Shown here piece after piece: positions 1-10,100 of a stretch of 64,000 nucleotides of DNA. Both the position numbers and the translations under genes were made by a program. The DNA comes from Glycera tridactyla. Its lineage: Eukaryota. Position 1 is the first letter of the stretch, and every line of letters begins with the position of its first letter. The notes beneath the pieces were generated by a model. It was not told the DNA's origin, ran no database searches, and was given only the letters and a program-made list of their open reading frames with translations. The stretch spans positions 102,486,001-102,550,000 of the forward strand of contig OZ286469.1 in assembly GCA_965644265.1 (NCBI GenBank), written 5' to 3'.

Positions 1-783
1 TCTTTTCGCTGCTCCACATGTGTCACAAGACAACACATACTTCAACAGCTCTTCGTACATGCCCGGCCAATAAAATCGTTGGCGGACAATATACAGCAGG
101 CTGTTGAAACCTCTGTGTGAGCCATGGACACCGTGATGAAATAATGCCGCTATTTTGAATCTATATTTGACTGGGACAACCAGCTGATGATACAGCCGGT
201 CACCAGGGTGGGGGTGGAATTTCTTGAATAGCACGCCTCTGTCATTTAAATAGAACCTATCATGCTCAGCCATTATTCTCTTAGCTGCAATCATTTCACT
301 TGGCAATACTTTGTATTTCTTGAATTTGTACATATCTCCGGAATCTCTATCCGTAGACTGTTCATTTGTCAGAATGTCGGGATTGGAAATGATGTCTTCA
401 AGTACATCCAGACATTCGTCCTTCTCGACCTGTTCAACTGCTTGACGTCTAATGTCGTCAGCATGTTGGACCATTTCGAGCAAAATTTTGTCTATCCTGT
501 CGTTTGTTGCCTCTTGTGAAATTCTTACATGTAGATCGTTGGTTTTGTCATGAGAGTTCTTGTCAAGTATGACACGGCCTTCGCCATAATCTTCTAATGG
601 ATCTATTGTAGAGTCCTCATCTTCTGAGAACTGTATCTGAATGGGTCCGCTCGAGTATTTTCCGGTTTGTTTTGGTTTTGAAGTGTTGGTTGGGTTTTGG
701 TTTGTTGGGGGTTTTTGTTCAGGTTCAGATTGTTTGTTTTGTTTGTCTGTGGGAAATTTGTTTGCCTGACGTTTTTTTATTGT
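1..783 (-). pseudogene. Gypsy pol continuation: RH-IN linker and integrase zinc-binding (HHCC) domain
   Basis: Manual translation of the frame open from 783 to the window edge gives ...GVLFKK...LVVP...HHGVHGSHRG...RQRFYWPGM...VLSCDTCGAAKR. It is -1 relative to the 777..3611 frame, i.e. one frameshift near 780. Confidence 0.9.
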
Positions 784-3611
784 TCATAACTGTCGAAGAT
801 GTCAAAAGCTCTGCCTGCTGCTTCGGCTTCAGATTCATTTTTCGCTTGGTTTTGCTGTTTGGTTATAGGTGCAACCAGGGTAATTTCTTCATCCAAAAAT
901 TCGGGTGCATTTATCAAACAATGGTCGTCTGTTTCTTCATCGGCATCAGTAGTTAACTGACCCTCAAATGTGATGCGTGACATAGTGTCTGCCACCACAT
1001 TCAATCTTTCAATGCAATGTTGCACTTTGATATCAAACTTGTTCAAAAACATCCGATATCTAAAGAGTCGACCGCTCTTGCTCGATAGGCTATCCAGATA
1101 AACGTTGGTCAAATTGTCCGAAAATACATTAATTTCAGCTTTTGGTCCTATTAGGTTCTCACATTGCTTCAGCATTTCGACCAAAGCAAGTGCCTCTTTT
1201 TCGTTTGAGTGGTAATTTATTTGAACTGGATTTAACGTTTTTGACATGAAGGCGACGGGTCTCAGGAATTTTGTCTCATTTGCCTGAGATATGACACCTC
1301 CAACAGCACGGCCACTAGCATCCAGATGCACCGTGAATGGTTTGTTTGCATCTGGTGCATATAGCACCGCGTTTTCCAGCAAAGCAGCTTTGAGTTTGTC
1401 AAGGGACTCTTGATGTACTGCAGTCAATTCAAACTCGGCATCTTTTCTCAAAAGAGAATTGAGTGGTTCAGCCAAAGCAGAGTAGTTCTTGGCGAATCTT
1501 CGGTAGTAATTTAGTGTACCTAAAATCTGTCTAGTTTCCTTTTCATTTCTGGGAGCTGGAAGTTTTACCAGGGCTTGTAGTTTTTCTGGATTGGCTTTGA
1601 CACCGTATCTGTCAAACACGTACCCTAGGTACTTCACCTTTGATTTCATGAAATCTGTTTTTGATGGGGAAATCCTGAGTCCTACTTGTCGCAATCTCCA
1701 GAAGAGCTCATTGAGCACTTCCAGATGCTTTTCATAGGTGGGTGTCATAATGAGAATGTCATCAAGATAATTGGTTATATACCTCTTATCCATCACTGCT
1801 AGACATCTGGAGACAATACTAGAGAATACCTCAGGGCTTGAAATTAATCCCATTGGCGTCCTAGTAAAACTCCACTTAGCATTCTTGGTGTTTATGGTAC
1901 ATATGTCGACACTGTCAGGCGCTAACTGAACTGCATAGAAGGCTGATGCCAAGTCTACAACTGTAAAAACTTGGTTCCTCCCTGCAGCCAAGATATCAAT
2001 GATACTATTGACTGTTGGTATTGGTGCTTTTGATGGTACGATCATGCGGTTCAATTTTCTAAAATTCAGAACTAGTCTGGGCTTGATTTGTTGACCCTCG
2101 TTGTCAGTTCTGTATACAATGAAAGCTGGGATCCCCCACATGGAATGAGAGGGTTTGAGTATCCCTGCGTCTGCAAGTTTTTGAATTTGTCGCTCTAGTT
2201 CTTCTTCATTAGCGGGTGGCATGTTGTAAGCTCGCTCGTTTATAACTTGTGCATCAGCTCGAAGTTCAATTCTGTGATACACATCTTTGATTACTGCTAG
2301 TTCAGTGAGATCGGCAGCAAAGGCCTCTCTGTGAAGTTTCAGAATTCTAAGTAACTCTTCTCTGTAAGTTGCAGCCTTGTCTTCGAGTTCCACAATTTCT
2401 TCCCAATTGATTGGTTTGAACTTCTGAATTCGAGTCTGATTCCAAATGTCACATTCCGTTTGAAGTGCCATCGTTCTAGATTTTTCATCAGAAGTCACAA
2501 CGTCGTAGGGAGTCGTGTACTCTTGTTTTGGCCATAAGACCTGTAAAGAGGCTGCTGTCGCAGTTTTGTCTGCTTCGAAAGGAGGGTTATCACCTAGAAT
2601 TACTGAGTCTGGGAGGGTCCTCTCTGGCTCGGTTTTGGGCTCTTCAGGCACCACTCCGTATGCTAGAGAATAACCTGCTGGGATCTCAATATATGTGGAG
2701 AGGGGGTTAATCACAGTCACTCTGTACTGTCCCTCTTCCTGTCTAAAACTTCTAGAGCTCACTGCAATGAGTGATTTGTCCAAATATACCTCATGATCGG
2801 GTGTTATATTCAAAGTTTGTAATGGGTGATCTAAAGGGAAATAATCGGCATCATAGTCAGAGTACTCCGTATCAGAAGGCCGACACATAATCTCAGCTTC
2901 CGACATGGGAGGCACTCGTGTGACCTCGATTGACCTCATGATGAACATGCCATCTGTTACTGGTTGGCATAGTACTGTTTGACATCCATTTCCTAGAGTT
3001 AAAGCACCGATACTGTAGTCTAATTTTACTCTATTTGTGGCCATAAATGGGACTCCTAAAATAATTGGTAAAGGTAATCTATCAACAACGAAGAATTTAC
3101 ATTGAATTGGGGTCTCTGCTATTGTTATTTGTAGGTTGATTGATCCTGACACTTCCATGTTTTTCTGTTGTGCATCCCTAATTATTGTGTCTGTAACCGG
3201 TTCTAAATGTTTCACTAAATTTTTGTTCTCGACTATCTTATACATCATAACATTTACACTGGCACCAGTATCAATCATTGCTTTATACATACAATTATTA
3301 ATACAAACTTCAATTGAATTCAAGTGTCCGAGCTTTTCTCGGATTGAGTCAGCATCTGTAGGAGCGATCAGAATCGTGGGATTCAAGTCCTCACACCCTA
3401 CAGTGTTGACTCCCTTCAAATCAACTGAAAAAAACTTGTTAGTAAATCCTACATGAACACATTGACTAGAGTGATGTGTTCCATCTACAATATCGCAATC
3501 ACACTTATTCACAACATTCTTATTTACACTATTTATATTCACATTATTCATATTTACATTACTCATATCTACATTATTCATATCTACATTACTCATATCT
3601 ACATTGCTCAC
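777..3611 (-). CDS. pol: Gypsy pol: aspartic protease, reverse transcriptase, RNase H
   Basis: Motifs IDTGAS (PR), RLVLNFRKLN, DLASAFY, PMGL, YLDD (RT), LDASG, ELEALA-like EKEALA, FSDN, VADTMSR (RH). Confidence 0.95.
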   Translation of the reverse strand: MSNVDMSNVDMNNVDMSNVNMNNVNINSVNKNVVNKCDCDIVDGTHHSSQCVHVGFTNKFFSVDLKGVNTVGCEDLNPTILIAPTDADSIREKLGHLNSIEVCINNCMYKAMIDTGASVNVMMYKIVENKNLVKHLEPVTDTIIRDAQQKNMEVSGSINLQITIAETPIQCKFFVVDRLPLPIILGVPFMATNRVKLDYSIGALTLGNGCQTVLCQPVTDGMFIMRSIEVTRVPPMSEAEIMCRPSDTEYSDYDADYFPLDHPLQTLNITPDHEVYLDKSLIAVSSRSFRQEEGQYRVTVINPLSTYIEIPAGYSLAYGVVPEEPKTEPERTLPDSVILGDNPPFEADKTATAASLQVLWPKQEYTTPYDVVTSDEKSRTMALQTECDIWNQTRIQKFKPINWEEIVELEDKAATYREELLRILKLHREAFAADLTELAVIKDVYHRIELRADAQVINERAYNMPPANEEELERQIQKLADAGILKPSHSMWGIPAFIVYRTDNEGQQIKPRLVLNFRKLNRMIVPSKAPIPTVNSIIDILAAGRNQVFTVVDLASAFYAVQLAPDSVDICTINTKNAKWSFTRTPMGLISSPEVFSSIVSRCLAVMDKRYITNYLDDILIMTPTYEKHLEVLNELFWRLRQVGLRISPSKTDFMKSKVKYLGYVFDRYGVKANPEKLQALVKLPAPRNEKETRQILGTLNYYRRFAKNYSALAEPLNSLLRKDAEFELTAVHQESLDKLKAALLENAVLYAPDANKPFTVHLDASGRAVGGVISQANETKFLRPVAFMSKTLNPVQINYHSNEKEALALVEMLKQCENLIGPKAEINVFSDNLTNVYLDSLSSKSGRLFRYRMFLNKFDIKVQHCIERLNVVADTMSRITFEGQLTTDADEETDDHCLINAPEFLDEEITLVAPITKQQNQAKNESEAEAAGRAFDIFDSYEQ

Positions 3612-3662
3612 TAGGGGATTTTTTTTTGCATTTTCTTTTTGTTCTGGAGTATGCTGCCGGTG

Positions 3663-4637
3663 TCATTGGTAGTATGGGTTGGCTGTGTAGTTCGTGGTGG
3701 GGTTATAATTCTCTTGAGGTGCGGCACTTGTGACCGCAGTGGTGTATTGTTGTGGTAGTTGCTGGCTTTGCTCCCTGACCTTGGACATAGCTGCATTGTA
3801 CTTAGACGATTCCAGCTGTGGACCAAGCTCCTTCAAATAAGCTTGAGCAACTTTCCAGCAGTGCTGTGCTGTATGACCTGTTCTATTACAGGCCTGACAG
3901 ATGGGTGGTATTCTCGAGTTCTGTTTGTTGCTTGTATTGTTCCTATTATAATTATTGGTGTTGTATGTGTTTCTAGGAGGACCTTGAGGTGATCCCCTAA
4001 GAAGAGGAGGAGGCTCTCTTGGCATCCCCCCGTTAGGTGTGTATCTACAATTACTAGACATGTGCCCGTAATTGTGACAACGATAGCATTTGGTGTTACT
4101 TAAATCCATTTGACCTCTGGGTCTCTGCTGTTCTCTGCCAAAATGGGCGGAAGGTGGCTCCTGAGTTTTGATCATGGAGTCCCTCAACTCATTAATAGCA
4201 GACAACACCGAGTGATCCTTTTTGTTGTCTTTGTCGACTTTAGTTTCAAGTCTGGCCATTGTCGATCCAATGTTTCTCAAAACATCAGATACTGGTAATT
4301 TTGCTGAAATGTTCACAGCTGTGGCTGCCTCTTCCTTTGGTTTCTGAGTATTGTCTAAATTTTCTGCCGTATCAGCAGCTTCTATCATGTCTTTTACACT
4401 GTGTGGATTAGTCATTAGTATGTAATTTTTGGAAACCGAATTCAGTCCTGATAGTATGACTGACTTAAATTCTGCAAATTGCGCTCTATTAAATGCCTCT
4501 CCTTGTTTCAATCTAAACATCAATCGGCACATTTTCACAATTTTCATGACAAACTGCTTTGTCGTGATGTTACCCTGTTTTTGAGCATACAGTTTAGCAC
4601 GGTATGCTGGCTCATTTGCACTGCTGACACAAAATTC
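3663..4637 (-). pseudogene. gag: Gypsy gag C-terminal half with two CCHC zinc knuckles
   Basis: CYRCHNYGHMSSNC and CQACNRTGHTAQHC. The frame is open from 4637, directly after the TAA at 4638-4640, and is the same frame as the flanking ORFs. Confidence 0.9.
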
Positions 4638-6453
4638 TTAGAAAAATTCCTGCTCAATTTCCTCAAACTCGGTATCTTCATCCACATGAATTGTGCTGTA
4701 CCATTCTCTGGCTTCTTCTCCAAGATTAAATGAGAAGTAGGCCACCTTTTCCCTATCATTTAAATCATGCAACCTGCAGTACTCGTTGTACATATCCATC
4801 CATTCAATTGGATTTTGTTTTGAAGTGTAATGTTGTACTTTTATAAAATTTCTGTCACGAACTACAAATTTGGTTGGTTCGGGTGGAGCATAGATGGGAA
4901 TAGGTTTTGTAGCATGTCCTGAAGACTTAATAACTGGTTCTGTAATTTCTGTAGCTGATACCATGGGGTAGTAACCTTCATTTGGGGACAAAAGATATGG
5001 GGTGTATGGTGTTTTTGGGTAAGTCTGACTTGGTTCTATATCAGATGACAAATCTTCTGAACAACCATATGTGAGTGGTGCAACTGGCCTGATACGATAA
5101 CGGTCGGCTGCCCTCTCTGGATAAGGAGTGTCAGGTTTTGGTTTTACTGGACTCCGAAGTAATAGTTTCCGTGGACCGGGCCCTCGGGCATATGAGTCCT
5201 TGGGTGGCCTTGTCTGGATACTGTTCTCGTAATATGAGGAGTCCTGGGTGGTGGGTGTGTAAGGTGGTGGTTTGACTACCATGATTCTACCACATTCATC
5301 CGTTTCAAGTTCACATAAATCAAATGACTTACCAGTAATGTTGGTGGTCCTTGTTGATGATGTGCTCCTGTCTCGTTGACTGTGGCATTCGCTGGGCAGG
5401 ATTGGGGTTCTTTTCCTCCGGAGTATACTTCGGCGGTACCACTTATCCTGTGTTGGCGTTTCTGTTGGCAGGTGGTCCTGTGGCAACCTCAAGTGTGCTC
5501 CGGGAGAACCAGGCTGAGCAACAGGGGTACTGGCGACTGCAGAGTAGGACCGGCTCCCGGCCAGATTGGACTTCGCTGAAGACATCCTCTGAAGACCATG
5601 GCTTCTCTCCTCGTCTCTTTCCATATCTTCATCCTCGTCTTCCTCCTCGTCCGATCCGTCGTCACCTCGTCGTCCTTCGTCTCTCCATCGTCCCTCATCG
5701 TCCTCCGGCTCCCTGTACACACGATCGTCCAGTCCTCCTCGTCCACACTCATTCCGATCCTCGTCCTCGTCACTCTGCAGTCCTTCGTCCTCGTCCTCGT
5801 CACCGTTTCGCTCCTTTTTGCTCGTATCCTCCCCATATCGCACCATAACGCTCGTCTCCTCGTCATCTCGCTCCATCTCGTTCCTCCCATCTCCATTTTG
5901 CACCATTTCGCTCCTCTCGTTTCCAATTCGCTCCATCTCGCCCATCTCATCTCTGTTTCGCTCCATCTCGCTCATCTCATCTCCACCTTGCACCATCTCA
6001 CTCATCTCATCTCCATATTGCACCATTTTGCTCATCTCATCTCCATTTTGCTCCATTTTGCTCATCTCATCTCCATTTTGCTCCATTTCGCTCATCCCAT
6101 CTCCATTTCGCTCCATTTCGCTCATCTTTGCAATATCTTCGTCCTGCGATGCTCCGTTCGTCTCCTCGTCCGTTTCGTTCGTCATCCTCTTCTTCCAATT
6201 CTTCACTCGCACTTTCATACTCTTCCTCTTCTCTCTCTTCCAGCACATCAGCTATACTCATCTTCTTTAGTCTTTTATAGCTGTATTCTTCATCTGCTTC
6301 TATCGCTTCGTACTCCTGTCTTTTCTCCTCTCTTCTCAGTCTTCTTGCTTCCCGTGGTGTACTTCGTTTTGGTGGTGATAGTTCCATTAAATCTCTGATT
6401 AAATGTTTTTCTTCGTTTGTTATTCCTTGTTTGGTTTTCCGGAATGAGTTCAT
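4638..6453 (-). pseudogene. gag: Gypsy gag N-terminal part: acidic repeat extension followed by the start of the capsid domain
   Basis: ...NPIEWMDMYNEYCRLHDLNDREKVAYFSFNLGEEAREWY... is capsid-like. The likely ATG at 6453 (MNSFRK) lies in the 6067..6765 frame and needs a frameshift near 6180. Confidence 0.75.
5800..6125 (-). repeat. Coding 30-bp tandem repeat, ~11 copies of an EMSEMERNGD-like unit
   Basis: 10-aa periodicity visible in the 4638..6248 translation. Confidence 0.85.
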
Positions 6454-6471
6454 TTTGAAGTAGTCCAATGC

Positions 6472-6650
6472 GTCACCGAAGTATGATATAGTCCAAAATG
6501 TGTCACTGTAGTACAATATAGTCCAAAATGTGTCACTGAAGTATAATATAGTCCAAAAAGTGTCACTGTAGTACAATATAGTCCAAAATGTGTCACTGAA
6601 GTATAATATAGTCCAAAATGTGGCAATGAAGTATAATATAGTCCGATATG
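6472..6650. repeat. 30-bp tandem repeat x6 in the Gypsy 5' UTR
   Basis: Unit gtcactg(t/a)agta(c/t)aatatagtccaaaatgt with alternating variants. Confidence 0.9.
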
Positions 6651-7959
6651 TTAGAGTAATCCTATAAGGTAGTTTCCAATTGGGCTCTCGTAAGTAATCC
6701 TCCAAGACCGTTGAAGCCAGCTTGTCCACCGATTCTCCTCTCTCAGCACAACGTATGTCAACCAATAAAGGAAGAATCAGCTCAACTACTCAGACTCACA
6801 AATATCACAGATATACTCAATTACGTGAAGCAATTACCCGCGAATTCTCCACCATTATTTTATACAGAGGGGTATGGATGATTTGGGTAAATGTGGGTAA
6901 TTACCCTGATTAGATCACTATTATTTTATACCGTAAAGTAAACGGGTTATATATGTGTGTGGGGGTGATTAGTAATTTGGGGAGATACCAAATATTTATA
7001 TTTCTAATGGGGGTTTCTTGATACCGATGCTGATTGATATAGTGTTTGAATAACCTCAACGGATAACCCTTTCTGTCCCAATAATCCAGTGAAAGTCCAG
7101 TCTCGGAAAGGCCACCTTTGGAATAGGCGTCAATCAGAAGATTGAATCTCACCGTTGTCTCAGGACTCGTTAGCGGTTAGAATAAGGACCTCCGGCCCAG
7201 CTAAAGTCAAACTTCCCTACTCTGCTAACCTCCGAACAACTGTACTGATATTATATGTTGCACCCTGCGTGTTCACTTGGGAACGCAGTCAGCTCTGGTC
7301 CAAGGATCCTATAATCAACCAACGAACGTTGATGGAGGTTGAGGACCCTTGCAACCACCTGTAAGTGCAGGTTGCTCCTTGTGGCTAGTTTATCCGTCCG
7401 TCTGTCCGTCGATTAGTCTGCGTCCAGTCCAGAGTATCCCGTTGATATTATTATGATAACTCTATCAATCAATCACAGTTGCTTTTTGGGGTATAGATAA
7501 AACAAAACTCGCTTTGGCTAGCTTCAGACTTAGTTGAGTCCGGAAACACCAACTAAGTGAGGCAGGGGAAGGTAGAACCCACGGATAATGCTTCTAACAA
7601 TCTCCCAACTATACAAAGAAGTGAGCTGACTCAGCCTAAGCAATAGACACCAAGTACTGATCAAGTCCAATCCAATGAACTCACAAGCAATCAACTAAGT
7701 CCTAAGCTGATCACAACTAAGCCTCACTGGAAGCTACCTGATACAGTGACCGTCTGTGCTTTCTAGCGACTATTTGATCTAAGATGTGTGTCAAGAATCT
7801 GATGGATGCGTGTAGCCCACTTAATGAGGCCCAGCAATGTTTGATGTACTACACGTCGCTCTTCGCTAGCTAGTGTGTGTTTGTGCGTCTGGCGGTGATA
7901 AGTATACTGACTGTGTGTGTTCCTCTGATGTGGTACTCCAAAATGTGTGTATGGGTAAT

Positions 7960-8240
7960 AAGTGTATCCGCTGTGTGTACTCAGATTGTGCGTGCGTCCG
8001 ATGTGCGTGCGCTGATTGTGCGTGCATCCGACGTGCGTGCTCTGACTGTGCGTGCGTCCCTCCTGCGTGCGCTGGTTGTGCGTGGCTGGTAGGTCCGTGC
8101 GCTTGGCTCGTAAACACTCCGGATACGTGCAGTTAACGTGCGTAGGTTCGCTGATCGGCTGCGGCTTGTGCGTGCGTGCACACTGCGGCTGCTGACTGTG
8201 CTTGCGCTGATTGTGTTTGCGCTGACTGTGTTTGCGTCCA
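7960..8240. repeat. Degenerate (TGCG)-rich simple repeat
   Basis: Recurrent tgtgcgtgc / gctgactgtg units. Confidence 0.6.
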
Positions 8241-9109
8241 CCAGGCATTCGAAATCTTGTAAAATCCAAATAAATGCTGTGGAGAGTCGGTGGCGGCTTC
8301 TTCTTCTATCTCGATAGGCGCACGATGGTAATCCTCGATGTTCTAGGAGTGGCGTCGATCGTCTCTTCAATACGGCTGGAATACGCAAGATGTTCTATGC
8401 TTAAACATCCCGAGGAGCTGGCTTTTGCGACCACTTTTATAGTGCATGTCGGCGGTATTGCACCATTATTGGAAATCCCAAAATCAAATATGGAATTATT
8501 ACTTCCGTTTGACTGGCCGGACTGTCCATGATGTCATTAAGAACCAATCAGTGGCTAGTCTCGCGGTTTCTCGGATCTTATCGGATCCCTGGCCTCGAAG
8601 AGGGGTTAGGGTGGATCCCTTAAGTGCCCCTGCGGCCGGTATTGATTTATGTGATTTATGTAACTTTGACAGAAATGTTACTATTAATAGTAGATCTGCG
8701 CCTCGGCGTGCCAGGCCGTGCCTGGTACACCGAACCCTGATCCTACAACCCCTTGTTACCCTATTCCCGTTAATGGGTTGTGATAACGAGGCTGTGGTCA
8801 GTAACGGCTCCATCTGACGGAAAATATGTGGAACATTATGTCAAAGTCGCCCATATATCAAGAGTCGAGGGTTCATGGCCCCTATAGTTACCCTGCATTC
8901 GGTTGGTCAAATATGCGCGGGGTAGGTTGTGTAGGCCGGTGCCTGTTGCTCTGTAAACCACGCATCAATGAATTATGAAATGGTCAGTTGCCTGGATACT
9001 CGCAGTGCGAAGGTCGGTCGGTGGTCGCGTGCCTGTGTAAATAATCATTAGTGTTATTGTAGCTATGGTAACGGTTGGATAGCCGTGGTACATGGCTATA
9101 TAAAAATAG

Positions 9110-10100
9110 CATGCCCACCATACCATGACTACCATACCATGCCCACCATACCATGACTACCATACCATGGGTACCATACCATGACTACCATACCATGACT
9201 ACCATACCATGCCTCCCATGCCATGCCTACCATACCATGACTACCATACCATGAGTACCATACCATGACTACCATACCATGACTACCATACCATGCCTAC
9301 CATGCCATGCCTACCATACCATGACTATCATACCATGCCTACCATGACATGACTACCAAGACTACCATACCATGACTACCATACCATGACTACCATGCCA
9401 TGACGACCATGACTACCATACCATTCCTACCATACCATGACCACCATACCATGACCACCATACCATGTGTACCATACCATGACTACCATACAATAAATAA
9501 TAATGATAATGGACATTTATATGGCGCCTTTTTCTATGACTACCATGACTCCCATGACTGCCATACTCTGCCCACAATACCATGACTACCATACCATGAC
9601 TACCATCCCATGCCTACCATACCACGACTACCATACCATGACTACCATACCATGACTACCATACCATGACTATAATACCATGACTATCCCACCATGACTA
9701 TCGTACCATGACTATCATACCATGCCTACTATACCATGCCCACCATACCATGACTACCATGACTACCATACCATGACTACCATACCATGATCACCATACC
9801 ATGCCAGTCATACCATGCCTACCATACCATGCCCACCATACCATGACTACCATACCATGAGTACCATACCATGACTACTACGCCATGATTACCATACCAT
9901 GCCAGTCATACCATGCCGACCATACCATGACTACCATACCATGAGTACCATACCATGAGTACCATACCATGCCTACCATGCCATGCCTACCATACCATGA
10001 CTATCATACCATGCCTACCAAGACTACCATACCATGCTACCATACCATGACTACCATACCATGACTACCATACCATGTGTACCATACCATGACTACCATA
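9110..10100. repeat. CCATA/CCATG-based satellite (5-bp and 15-bp periodicity)
   Basis: Repeated ccataccatgacta. Confidence 0.95.

Larger units (their letters stand above)
1..9092 (-). mobile_element. Ty3/Gypsy LTR retrotransposon, running off the left edge of the window
   Basis: Domain order gag-PR-RT-RH-IN on the minus strand. The right boundary is tentative: TGTACC on the minus strand at 9092, next to the CCATA satellite, and a TATAAAA on the minus strand near 8440. No second LTR or clear PBS is visible. Confidence 0.85.

Noticed and set aside
5351-6398. Plus-strand ORFs of 150-266 aa opposite the Gypsy repeat region
   Set aside because: Antisense shadows of a purine-rich repeat; no domain features.
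6900-9100. Exact LTR boundaries and primer-binding site of the Gypsy element
   Set aside because: No second LTR in the window and no convincing TGG-starting tRNA complement found by eye.
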